Source: Bacteroidota bacterium
GTDB taxonomy: Bacteria; Bacteroidota; Bacteroidia; Cytophagales; UBA9547
Reading direction: 5' to 3'
Assembly (NCBI GenBank): GCA_033763735.1
Contig: JANRJY010000081.1
Coordinates: 911-64,910 of the forward strand
DNA length: 64,000 bases
The notes beneath the pieces are model-generated. The model was not told the origin of the DNA. It ran no database searches and was given only the letters and a program-made list of their open reading frames with translations. How positions within the stretch are numbered: the stretch's first letter is position 1; each line of letters begins with the position of its first letter. Below, piece by piece: positions 9,874 to 19,688 of this stretch. Position numbers and translations under genes: made by a program.

Positions 9874-12804
9874 ATGCCCGATAGTAAGAAAACAAAAGCG
9901 GAACTTTTAGAAGAAATAAGCAGGATGAGAGAAGCACTGGATAAGTGCTATAACCAATTACATATACTTAGTAAGGGCAATAATGAATTAATATCTGAAA
10001 GCTCTCAAAATCTGTACTATAACATTGCTAATCTGGCAGTTAAAAGTATTAATCTTGAACAACTCTTTTATGATATTCACACTTTACTTAAGAAAGTAAT
10101 TGATGTGAATAACTTTATTATTGCACTTTATGATAACAAAAATGAATACATTCATTTCCCTTATTATGTAGACGAACATTTTGAAGGCGTGGTTCAAACT
10201 ATGAAAAGAAAAATTTCTCATGGATTGACAGAATATAATCTTTTCAAGGGGGTGCCTTTATTTCTTTATGAAGAAGAAATAGTTGGTTTAATAAATGAGA
10301 AAAAGGTGTCCCTTACCGGTAGAATTCCCAAAATATGGATGGGTGTACCCTTGAAACTGGAGGAGAAAATAATAGGATTGATTGGAATTAAAAGTTACAA
10401 CCATAGGAACAAATACAATATAAAGCATTTGGAAATGCTTGACTTTATTTCGGGTCAAATTGCCATTGCAATTGAACGTAAACGAAATGAAGAAAAACTT
10501 AATTTTCAGAATGCACGAATAAAAGCCATTTTTGAGAGTAGCTCTCATTTAATGTGGTCAGTAAACAGAAAACTAGCGTTATCCTCATACAATCATAATT
10601 ATGCCGATGCAATAATGTTGTTCCATAAAACCATGCCGGTTTTGGGAGCAGCACCGGAGTCACTGAATAAAATGCTATCTAAAGCGGAGTATCTCAATTT
10701 TGTATTATCCAAATATCAATTGGCTTTTGAAGGCAAACCACAGCACTTTGAAACGAGCAATACTTTGCCCAATGGCAGAGAAATTTGGTGGGAAATTTAT
10801 TTGAATCCCATTTCACAATCAGATGGTAACGTGGAAGAAGTTTCGGGCATTGCGCACGATATCACTCAAAAAAAGCTAGCTGAAATGGCTTTACTTGAAA
10901 GTGAAGAAAAATTCAGAGATATTTTTGAGTCATTTCAGGATATTTACTACAGAACCACTCTGGATGGCGATATAATGATGATTAGTCCTTCTGCTCAAGA
11001 ACTATTGGGATTTAAGCCAGAGGAAATAATAGGGCAAAAAATTGAATTATTTTATGAAAACCCCGAAGTAAATGACTCGCTTGAAAATGAACTTCTTACC
11101 ACAGGAACTGTAAAAAATTACGAAGTAAACATGAAAACCAAGTTTGGTACTTCTATCCAAACGATTACAAACTTGCGCCTGATGTACAATAAACGCAACG
11201 AACCCATTGCTATAGAAGGAGTTGCTCGTGACATTACTTCACTCAAAATCGCTTCAGAAGAACTGCGGCATGCAAAAGAATTGGCTGAAAAATCATTAAA
11301 ATCAAAACAATTGTTTTTGGCAAATATGAGCCATGAAATCCGTACACCCATGAACGGTGTAATAGGAATGATTGACCTCCTTTCAAACTCTCAATTAAAT
11401 GCAGAACAAAAAGAATATATAGATACCATAAAAAAATCATCAGAAACACTCTTAAACATCCTCAACGATATTCTTGACCTATCAAAACTTGAAGCCGGCA
11501 AAATGCAATTAAAGCCTTCGCCAGTTTCCATTGAAGGCACTATTGAAAAGTTATTTGCTTTATTTAATAATCTGGCACAGCAAAAAAACATTAAACTACA
11601 ATATTCAATTTCACCGGATGTGCCTATGTTCATCAATGCGGATGAAACACGTTTTTTGCAGATTTTGGCTAACTTAACTTCAAATGCAATAAAATTTACT
11701 GAAAAAGGAGAGATATCCGTAATCGTAAAACGTGCAGGAAAAAAACGCATTAAATTTGTGGTTCAGGACACCGGAATTGGCATCACCAAAGAAAATGTGA
11801 AGCTTTTGTTCAGCTCATTTAGCCAGCTTGATAACACCACAACTAAAGCTTATCAAGGCACAGGTTTGGGATTGTCTATTTCCAAGGAACTCTGCAAACT
11901 TATGGGTGGAACTATTGGTGTAAAATCAGAAATTAACATGGGAAGCACTTTTTGGTTTACTATTGAAGCACAGCCCGTTGATAAAATTGAACTTGCTAAA
12001 ACCGTCAGTGAAACTGAAATCAATGTTTTTGGTGGCTTTGGTGCAGTAGTTCCAAAAATACTTCTCGTTGACGACAATCAAATCAATCAGAAAGTTGCTT
12101 CAGAAATTCTTAAAAAAGCAGGGTGTGTCGTAGATGTCGCTACCAATGGAATGGAAGCCATTTTTAAAGTAATCGAAAATCCATATGATTTAATATTTAT
12201 GGACATCCAAATGCCTGAAATGGACGGCATTACAGCCACAAAAAAAATAAGAGAATTACGAATTAAAAAACTGGCACCAATCATTGCAATGACTGCTTAT
12301 TCAATGGAAGAGGATAAAGAAAAATTCTTAAAGGCCGGAATGGACGACTATTTACCCAAGCCAATAAAATCTGAAAATATTGTAAAAATCATCCGTAAAT
12401 GGGTTTTAAATGAAGATGAGGAAAAAATCAATGAACTGTCAGACAAGCAATTGTCATCGTTTGTCATAAATCCGGAAGTGGTTTCACAGCTAAAAATGCA
12501 TTTGGACGATGAGATGGTTTCGGATGTATATATGGAATTTGAATCAGAAACCGAACAGCTTATAAAGGCTTGTGAATCAATGAATTTGGAAATCATAAGA
12601 AGTAATTTACACACAATTAAAGGCAATGCAGGTACTTTGGGGATTGATAGGGTAGCAAAGTGGGCAAAAAAAATGGAAGCTGATATAAAGAAAAAAAATA
12701 CTTCTAATTTTGGTTCTGATTTTGTTAATTTGAACTCTGCTTTCGATGAATTCAAAAAATCATATAAGAAACTTTTAAATATAAATACGAATGTCAACGC
12801 TTAA
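9874..12804 (+). CDS. Cytoplasmic hybrid sensor kinase GAF-PAS-PAS-HisKA-HATPase-REC-HPt
   Basis: H-box ANMSHEIRTP, NAIKFT, DTGIG, GTGLGL, receiver FMDIQMP, HPt LHTIKG; no TM segment; start may be 9853 or 9874. Confidence 0.93.
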   Translation: MPDSKKTKAELLEEISRMREALDKCYNQLHILSKGNNELISESSQNLYYNIANLAVKSINLEQLFYDIHTLLKKVIDVNNFIIALYDNKNEYIHFPYYVDEHFEGVVQTMKRKISHGLTEYNLFKGVPLFLYEEEIVGLINEKKVSLTGRIPKIWMGVPLKLEEKIIGLIGIKSYNHRNKYNIKHLEMLDFISGQIAIAIERKRNEEKLNFQNARIKAIFESSSHLMWSVNRKLALSSYNHNYADAIMLFHKTMPVLGAAPESLNKMLSKAEYLNFVLSKYQLAFEGKPQHFETSNTLPNGREIWWEIYLNPISQSDGNVEEVSGIAHDITQKKLAEMALLESEEKFRDIFESFQDIYYRTTLDGDIMMISPSAQELLGFKPEEIIGQKIELFYENPEVNDSLENELLTTGTVKNYEVNMKTKFGTSIQTITNLRLMYNKRNEPIAIEGVARDITSLKIASEELRHAKELAEKSLKSKQLFLANMSHEIRTPMNGVIGMIDLLSNSQLNAEQKEYIDTIKKSSETLLNILNDILDLSKLEAGKMQLKPSPVSIEGTIEKLFALFNNLAQQKNIKLQYSISPDVPMFINADETRFLQILANLTSNAIKFTEKGEISVIVKRAGKKRIKFVVQDTGIGITKENVKLLFSSFSQLDNTTTKAYQGTGLGLSISKELCKLMGGTIGVKSEINMGSTFWFTIEAQPVDKIELAKTVSETEINVFGGFGAVVPKILLVDDNQINQKVASEILKKAGCVVDVATNGMEAIFKVIENPYDLIFMDIQMPEMDGITATKKIRELRIKKLAPIIAMTAYSMEEDKEKFLKAGMDDYLPKPIKSENIVKIIRKWVLNEDEEKINELSDKQLSSFVINPEVVSQLKMHLDDEMVSDVYMEFESETEQLIKACESMNLEIIRSNLHTIKGNAGTLGIDRVAKWAKKMEADIKKKNTSNFGSDFVNLNSAFDEFKKSYKKLLNINTNVNA

Positions 12805-13168
12805 AAAAGTCCTTATTGCCGAAGATAGTTCTGTAATTCAGAACTTAACCAAAAAGATTTTGCAACAGCAGGACTTTGAAATTACATCTGTTAAAAACGG
12901 TAAAGAACTATTGGCCATAGTAGATCAAGAGAAATTTGATGTAATTCTACTTGACATCAATATGCCAATGGTGAACGGAATTGAATGTGCTAAATCAATC
13001 CGTACCATGAAAGACCCTGAAAAAGCAAATGTCCCTTTAATTGCTATTACTGGTAATGCATTGAATTTTACGGTTGATTATTTCAAATCGGTAGGTTTCA
13101 ATGAATATTTGCAAAAACCATTGAACTTTGACTTATTAGTCGACCTTGTAAAAAAATACACAACTTAA
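12791..13168 (+). CDS. Single-domain response regulator (CheY-like)
   Basis: AEDS, LLDINMP, AITG, KP; overlaps the kinase stop codon. Confidence 0.92.
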   Translation: MSTLKKVLIAEDSSVIQNLTKKILQQQDFEITSVKNGKELLAIVDQEKFDVILLDINMPMVNGIECAKSIRTMKDPEKANVPLIAITGNALNFTVDYFKSVGFNEYLQKPLNFDLLVDLVKKYTT

Positions 13169-13174
13169 AATACA

Positions 13175-13447
13175 ATGGTCAAGTATACCAATCAGTTCCT
13201 CAATAAACTTGAAGATATTTTTGCAGAATCTGAATTTATACTGAGATATGAAAAAGGAAACTTCAAATCGGGGTATTGTATACTAAAAGAACAAAGAATA
13301 ATTATTGTAAATAAATATTATACCCTTGAAGGTAAAATCAATTGCTTGATTGATATATTGAGAGGTTTGCCCATGGAAATGGCCAAATTTAAAGACAAAA
13401 CGCGCGATTTTTATCTGGAAATCACCCAAACTCAGCTTTCCTTTTGA
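13175..13447 (+). CDS. Small conserved hypothetical protein
   Basis: 90-aa ORF with RYEKGNFKSGYC motif, tightly packed in the operon. Confidence 0.75.
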   Translation: MVKYTNQFLNKLEDIFAESEFILRYEKGNFKSGYCILKEQRIIIVNKYYTLEGKINCLIDILRGLPMEMAKFKDKTRDFYLEITQTQLSF

Positions 13448-14208
13448 AAATAACTTTTTTAGGAACCGGTACCTCTCAAGGTATTCCTATGATAGGATGC
13501 ACTTGTAATGTGTGCCAATCGGTTGACTATCGCGATCAACGGTTGCGTTCGTCCATTCATATACAAAACGAGAATGATAGCATTGTTATTGACTCAGGGC
13601 CAGACTTCAGACAACAAATTTTAAGAGCTCGAATCAAAACATTGGATGCGGTTTTGTTTACACATGAACATAAAGATCATGTTGCTGGATTAGACGATGT
13701 CAGGGGATTTAATTATTCTCAAAATAGACCTATGCAAGTATATGCACATCAAAGGGTATTAAATCATATTAAAGAAAGAGAATTTTACTATGCTTTTGGT
13801 GAATTTAAATATCCCGGTGCTCCGGAATTAGAAGTAAATGAAATAAAAAATGCACCTTTCAAAATTAAAAATACTGAATTTATTCCTATCGAAGTATTAC
13901 ATTACAGACTGCCTGTCTTTGGTTTTCGAATTAAAAATTTCACTTATATAACAGACGCAAGCTTTATATCAGATATTGAAATAGAAAAAATAAAAGGATC
14001 CGAAATTGTAGTATTAAACGGACTTCAGAAGGAAGCGCATATTTCACATTTTACACTACAACAATCCATTGAAATGCTTAATAAAATTGCACCAAAACGT
14101 GCCTATCTTACTCATATTAGCCACAAATTAGGATTGCATAGAATTGTTCAAAAAGAACTTCCTGAAGGAGTTGAATTGAGTTATGACGGCCTTGAAATTA
14201 TTGTTTAG
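13444..14208 (+). CDS. MBL-fold metallohydrolase (PhnP-like)
   Basis: FLGTGTSQG, CxCxxC, THEHKDH, YITDA, THISH, SYDG. Confidence 0.93.
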   Translation: MKITFLGTGTSQGIPMIGCTCNVCQSVDYRDQRLRSSIHIQNENDSIVIDSGPDFRQQILRARIKTLDAVLFTHEHKDHVAGLDDVRGFNYSQNRPMQVYAHQRVLNHIKEREFYYAFGEFKYPGAPELEVNEIKNAPFKIKNTEFIPIEVLHYRLPVFGFRIKNFTYITDASFISDIEIEKIKGSEIVVLNGLQKEAHISHFTLQQSIEMLNKIAPKRAYLTHISHKLGLHRIVQKELPEGVELSYDGLEIIV

Positions 14209-14398
14209 TAGAAAGTTATCAATCCGTTCAAATTAAGATTTTCTTTATAATTTGGTTTTTTTGAAATTATGGATAAAAAATTAGCTTTATTAGGTCATTT
14301 CTTTAACAATTAAAAGAATATTGGAATAAATCAATAAATTATTGGAATAGTTCTATATGCTTTATATTTTTTACTTATATTGGCATAAAGTATAAATT

Positions 14399-17300
14399 AT
14401 GAGAATATTCCTTCTGCTATTTGTCCTAACAACGCTGGTATCAAACCGTACTTTTTCACAACTACCCTATCCCCTGCCTGCCCCACAGGATACAACACAA
14501 TTTGGCAGATATCTCCAAAGAACCATGAAACTTTTAGCAACAAGTACTCCTACTAAAAGGAATACAGTTAAAATTCTTGTTTATGGCCAATCCATCGCCA
14601 AGCAAGAATGGTCCGACACCGTAAGGAAATACTTGAAAATCAGATTTCCTTATGCTAATATCATCATGATAAATAGATCAATAGGTGGATGTTGGGCAGG
14701 CTGTTTGCAAGATCCGGTTGCTTATGATGTGTCACCTTTTTATCCTGATTTGATATTGTTTGACGTATATGGTTGGAGTGGTTCAGGAGGTAATCAAGGT
14801 CCTGAATATGAAAATATTATCAGTTATTTTCGTACCAATACTACTGCCGAAGTAGGAATGCAAACACACCATGTAACTCCGGGTGATTCTGCTGGTGGAA
14901 ACGATCCATCTGACTTTATTAGATTAAGAGATAAATATGGAGTAGAAATAATTGATGTACGTACTCCTTGGTTTAAATATTTAAGAGACAATAACAAAAA
15001 AGCAACACAACTTACCTCTGACGGATCTCATTTGAATGATCAAGGCAATTTCTTAATGGCTCGACTTTGGATGCCATACTTGCAATACAAACCACAATTT
15101 GCTTCTGATACTTTTAATTTAGTAAAAACGTACAAAGTTGGAACGGATATATTTTGGGTGAATGGCGTACTTACACTGCCATTTAATGGAAATAAAGTAA
15201 CTATTGTGACTTCAACACCACAAACCGGAACGGATTCTGCAATCGTGATGATTGATAACCAAAAACCTTCTACATTGCCCGGTGTCATTATGTTCAATCG
15301 CCCCAATGAACCCTATGACACTGTATTTAAGCATTTTTCTCAATATGATTGGCCATGGCAAAAAGCTGCTATAATGAAATTCAATCCCGGATTTCCAAAA
15401 AAAGTTGAGAACTGGACATTGACTTTTACCTCTTATACCAACACAACTAATTTTTCTTATTCTGTTGCCGGTAGCAAAACGGGTGCTGATGGAAATGGCT
15501 CCTATTCCGGAAATGCCGTATTTACAAGTACTTCTAAAATTGTTGTGATTGACAGAAGCAAGTTTTGGTTAAATACCGGTCCATATTCTAATACTTTTTT
15601 AACGACCGGTTATACTATCAAGTGGCAAGCCATGCCATTTTTTTCAAATAGTTTTAAACCTCCAATTACAACCACAAGTTCAGTAATTGATAGTGTAGTT
15701 ACTTTGGCACAAGGCATTTCAAACACTAATCACACACTGGTACTTACTGCTACAGGAAGTAAAAATGTTCCAATTAAAGAAATCAAAATTTATCAACCTT
15801 ATTATGGTAGAGTTTTAGACAACTTTACGATTCTATCCCCTTTACTATTAGTTACCAGTCCTGGTGTACTGTGCTTAGGAAATGCAGTAAATCTGGCAAA
15901 TACATTTCGGGATGCAAATAGCCTTGCTGGTATTGTGACCTATTGGCAAGATGCTGCAGCAACTATAAGTGTTACATCGCCAAACTTTATAACGGTCTCA
16001 GGCACTTACTATATTAAAAAACAAGCTTTTGTAGCCGGAAGAAGTGATATCAAACCTGTTGTGGTTCAAATAGTTACCTGCCAACCCAATTTGCAAGTAA
16101 CCCAACCACAGGCAGTATGTGCTCCCAGTGTAATTGATTTATCTTCTACATATAATGATGTAAATTCCGTTTCAGGTATTGTAAGTTATTGGAGAGATTC
16201 CGGTGCAACATTAACAGTTACCTCACCTTTTTCGGTTTCGATTTCTGGCGTATATTTTATTAAAAAGGTTGGTACTGTTGGCGGTTTGTCAGATATTAAA
16301 CCAGTTACGGTTACGGTCAATTCGATGCCCAACACTTCGGTATTTGCTCCAAATTCTATTTGTAGTGGAATGACAATTACCGCTTCTGCAACAGGCGCAA
16401 ATACCTATACATGGTTTCCCGGATCATTATCAGGTGGTAACCAAAACTTATCTCCAAGCACGACAACTACTTATACCCTTGTTGGAAATTCTTTAGGATG
16501 TATAAAGAACAGTATTTTTACAATTTCGGTAAGCAGTACTCCTGTTTTAGGACTTTCGGGAGCAACGAGCATTTGTTCAGGTACTGGCACTGCTTTAACC
16601 GCCAGTGGCGCTACATTTTACAATTGGTTGCCGGGCAGTTTAACCGGTTCAATTCAAAACTTAACTCCTTTGTTTACAACTAACTATACATTGACCGGCT
16701 CATTTAGTTCAGGTTGTAGTAGCAAAATACTATTTACGGTTTCAGTAAGTGGAGTGCCATTTGTAAATGTTAATGGGAATAACACCATTTGCAATGGGCA
16801 AATAGCCTCACTCACTGCCAGTGGAACTTCTAACTTTATGTGGCTACCCGGTTCTATAACCGGAGCCATTTTAAATATCAGTCCAACCGTGACTGGTTTG
16901 TTTACCGTAATTGGTTCTAACGGGGGATTATGTCAGAATGCTAAGGTAGTAACTGTAACTGTTAACTCTTTACCTGGAATATCAACTTCAGGTGTGTTTA
17001 CTACATGCTCGGCTATTTCCACCACTATTAATGCAATTGGGGGAGTAAGTTATTTATGGTTTCCAGGGTCAATTACGGGAAATTCTGCCGTTTTTTCTCC
17101 TTTAAATACCACCAATTACACACTAGTGGGAACCAATGCTCAAGGCTGTAGCTCAAGTACTAATTTTACAATTACCGTAAGTTCCCTGCCTTTATTAACT
17201 TTAACCGGTAATAGCACGATTTGTAAATTTAAAACCACTAATATTATTGCCTCCGGGGCAAATAATTATACTTGGCAACCGGGTGGTTTAATAGGCTCAA

Positions 17301-19681
17301 ACCAATCTTTATCTCCATCTAATACAATTATATACAGCATAACAGGTACCAATTCCAATGGTTGTAGTTCAATAAAAAATGTAACTATTACCGTAAACAA
17401 CCTTCCTTCGGTTTCAGTAACAGGCACTTCTGCATGCTATGGCTTTTCATCAAGCTTAATTGCTTCGGGTGCAAACAGTTATGTGTGGTTTCCTGGTTCC
17501 ATTGTTGGTAGCGGCCTTACCATTTCTCCCACTATAAGTGGCGTATACACTGTTTCGGGCACTGATGCAAATGGTTGTATAAATACATCCACTGGTACGT
17601 TTACCGTAGATCCATTACCTGTTTTGAGTATTTCGGGCAATTATACGATATGTAGTAACACAGGAACAAATATTAGCGTAGCTGGTGCAATTTTCTACGC
17701 TTGGCAACCTAGTGGTTACATTGGAACCAATAATTTAATGACTCCTAGTTCAACAACCAATTATACAATTACAGGTACTTCAAACAAAGGATGTATAGGT
17801 TATGGCAATTTTACAATCACCGTTAATGGATTACCAACCATTTCTACATCAGGAAATTTTGAAATTTGTTCCGGAAGTTCTACTTCTATTTCGGCTTCCG
17901 GTGCGAACACATATAATTGGATACCCGGTAACTTAGCAGGAAGTATCAACAATTTAACACCTTCAAATACAACAAATTATACGGTTATTGGGACAAATTC
18001 GAATAATTGCGTTTCCTCAAAAATATTTACAGTCACAGTAAATAGCTTACCAAATATTCAAGTTTCCGGTCCTAATTTTATTTGTACCAATTCAAGCACT
18101 TCTCTTAGCGCTTCCGGAGCTAATCTTTTTAATTGGATGCCTGGAAATGTGTATGGAACTATTAATAATACAACGCTTTCATCACCAATTGTATATACTA
18201 TTACCGGTACAACTTCCAGTGGCTGTTTTAATTACACGACTTATGCAGTTAACGTGGCACCGCAATTATCAATTTCAATTTCAGGAAATAATAATATATG
18301 TGCAGGATCTAGCACAACTTTAACTGCAACTGGAGCAACTAATTATACTTGGTTGCCGGGAAACTTAACAGGTAATATTCAAAATTTTAGTCCATCTACT
18401 AACACATCCATTACTGTGACTGGAACATCCGGTACTTGTTCTTCTAATCAAACTTTTGCTATTGCTGTGCAATCTTTACCCTTATTGACTATTTTAGGAC
18501 CATCCAGAATTTGTAAAGGAAATACCGCAATTTTAACTGTTTCAGGGGCTAATAATTATTTATGGTTTCCAACAAGCATTTCTGGAAATCAGGTTTCTTT
18601 AAACCCTTCAATTACAAGCGTTTATACTGTTATAGGAACTATAAATAATTGTTCGAATTCAACTAGTCAAATGTTGATTGTCGATAATTTGCCATCAGTC
18701 AGTATTTCAGGCACAAATTCAATTTGTGGGAACACTTTATCTACTTATTCTGCTATTGGAGCCTCACAATATGTTTGGCAACCTGGTAATTTTATCGGAA
18801 ATAGTTTCATTACTAGTATCGCGGGAAATACAGTATTAACATTAACTGGTACAGATGCGAATAATTGTTCAAATAAAGTTTTATTTAGTTTATATCTAAA
18901 ACCTGCACCCTCCAGTGTTCAAACTATCATAGGACCAGATTTCGTAAATACTTCCGTTTTGTCAGGATTCAGAATTAATCAATCAGTCAATTCAATTACT
19001 TATTGGACTGCAACAGGTACAAATGTGGGCATCCAAGGAAGTGATTCCACAAAAATAAGTTGGTCAAATCCGGGTTCTTATTCTATTTCAGTTAGTAATC
19101 AAAATAGCTGTGGCACAAGCAATGTATTCACTAAAACCGTTTCAGTTACATCGCCTGTTATTATTCCTGTTTTAACCGGAATTAGCATCATTGGCACGAA
19201 TTCCATTGATTACAACGCAGGGACCGTTCAATTAAACGCAATGGCTATTCCTTCAAGTGCATTGTTGCCTACAATTGTTTGGTCAATTAGCGACTCTACC
19301 CTAGCAAAAGTGAATCAAGATGGGCTCGTAACAGCTCTTAAAAATGGCGTAATTACAATTACTGCAACCGTTATAACTAATTCTCAAATTCAACAAACTT
19401 TTGTCATGACTATTTCAGGTCAATCAACCCCAACGATGATAGGCACAAATATTCAAAATGCTTTGAACATTGATCTAAAAATTTGGCCAAATCCTGCTAA
19501 AAATGTATTGAATATTTCAAACAATGGTACGGTAAAAGACATTTCTGTATTGGATGTTTATGGTAGTTTGGTATTACAAACTAAAATTGAATCAGGAATA
19601 TCAAAAATTGATATTCCATTTATTCAAGGTATTTACTTTTTAATTACTGATAATCAAAGAATTAAGTTTGTAATCGAATAG
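14399..19681 (+). CDS. T9SS-secreted protein: SGNH-like esterase domain, Cys-paired Ig-like repeats, Big_2 and T9SS C-terminal domain
   Basis: Signal peptide; VYGQSI, RSIGG, DGSH; repeats IC.G...TASGA..Y.W.PG; IVWSISDSTLAKVNQDGLVTA; CTD IWPNPAKN...GIYF...IKFVIE. Confidence 0.85.
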   Translation: MRIFLLLFVLTTLVSNRTFSQLPYPLPAPQDTTQFGRYLQRTMKLLATSTPTKRNTVKILVYGQSIAKQEWSDTVRKYLKIRFPYANIIMINRSIGGCWAGCLQDPVAYDVSPFYPDLILFDVYGWSGSGGNQGPEYENIISYFRTNTTAEVGMQTHHVTPGDSAGGNDPSDFIRLRDKYGVEIIDVRTPWFKYLRDNNKKATQLTSDGSHLNDQGNFLMARLWMPYLQYKPQFASDTFNLVKTYKVGTDIFWVNGVLTLPFNGNKVTIVTSTPQTGTDSAIVMIDNQKPSTLPGVIMFNRPNEPYDTVFKHFSQYDWPWQKAAIMKFNPGFPKKVENWTLTFTSYTNTTNFSYSVAGSKTGADGNGSYSGNAVFTSTSKIVVIDRSKFWLNTGPYSNTFLTTGYTIKWQAMPFFSNSFKPPITTTSSVIDSVVTLAQGISNTNHTLVLTATGSKNVPIKEIKIYQPYYGRVLDNFTILSPLLLVTSPGVLCLGNAVNLANTFRDANSLAGIVTYWQDAAATISVTSPNFITVSGTYYIKKQAFVAGRSDIKPVVVQIVTCQPNLQVTQPQAVCAPSVIDLSSTYNDVNSVSGIVSYWRDSGATLTVTSPFSVSISGVYFIKKVGTVGGLSDIKPVTVTVNSMPNTSVFAPNSICSGMTITASATGANTYTWFPGSLSGGNQNLSPSTTTTYTLVGNSLGCIKNSIFTISVSSTPVLGLSGATSICSGTGTALTASGATFYNWLPGSLTGSIQNLTPLFTTNYTLTGSFSSGCSSKILFTVSVSGVPFVNVNGNNTICNGQIASLTASGTSNFMWLPGSITGAILNISPTVTGLFTVIGSNGGLCQNAKVVTVTVNSLPGISTSGVFTTCSAISTTINAIGGVSYLWFPGSITGNSAVFSPLNTTNYTLVGTNAQGCSSSTNFTITVSSLPLLTLTGNSTICKFKTTNIIASGANNYTWQPGGLIGSNQSLSPSNTIIYSITGTNSNGCSSIKNVTITVNNLPSVSVTGTSACYGFSSSLIASGANSYVWFPGSIVGSGLTISPTISGVYTVSGTDANGCINTSTGTFTVDPLPVLSISGNYTICSNTGTNISVAGAIFYAWQPSGYIGTNNLMTPSSTTNYTITGTSNKGCIGYGNFTITVNGLPTISTSGNFEICSGSSTSISASGANTYNWIPGNLAGSINNLTPSNTTNYTVIGTNSNNCVSSKIFTVTVNSLPNIQVSGPNFICTNSSTSLSASGANLFNWMPGNVYGTINNTTLSSPIVYTITGTTSSGCFNYTTYAVNVAPQLSISISGNNNICAGSSTTLTATGATNYTWLPGNLTGNIQNFSPSTNTSITVTGTSGTCSSNQTFAIAVQSLPLLTILGPSRICKGNTAILTVSGANNYLWFPTSISGNQVSLNPSITSVYTVIGTINNCSNSTSQMLIVDNLPSVSISGTNSICGNTLSTYSAIGASQYVWQPGNFIGNSFITSIAGNTVLTLTGTDANNCSNKVLFSLYLKPAPSSVQTIIGPDFVNTSVLSGFRINQSVNSITYWTATGTNVGIQGSDSTKISWSNPGSYSISVSNQNSCGTSNVFTKTVSVTSPVIIPVLTGISIIGTNSIDYNAGTVQLNAMAIPSSALLPTIVWSISDSTLAKVNQDGLVTALKNGVITITATVITNSQIQQTFVMTISGQSTPTMIGTNIQNALNIDLKIWPNPAKNVLNISNNGTVKDISVLDVYGSLVLQTKIESGISKIDIPFIQGIYFLITDNQRIKFVIE
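16352..18937 (+). repeat. 12 tandem ~71-72-aa Ig-like repeats, each with two Cys
   Basis: Counted by eye in the translation (NSICSGM... to ...TIIGP); diverged at the DNA level. Confidence 0.85.
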
Positions 19682-19688
19682 TTGCAAT

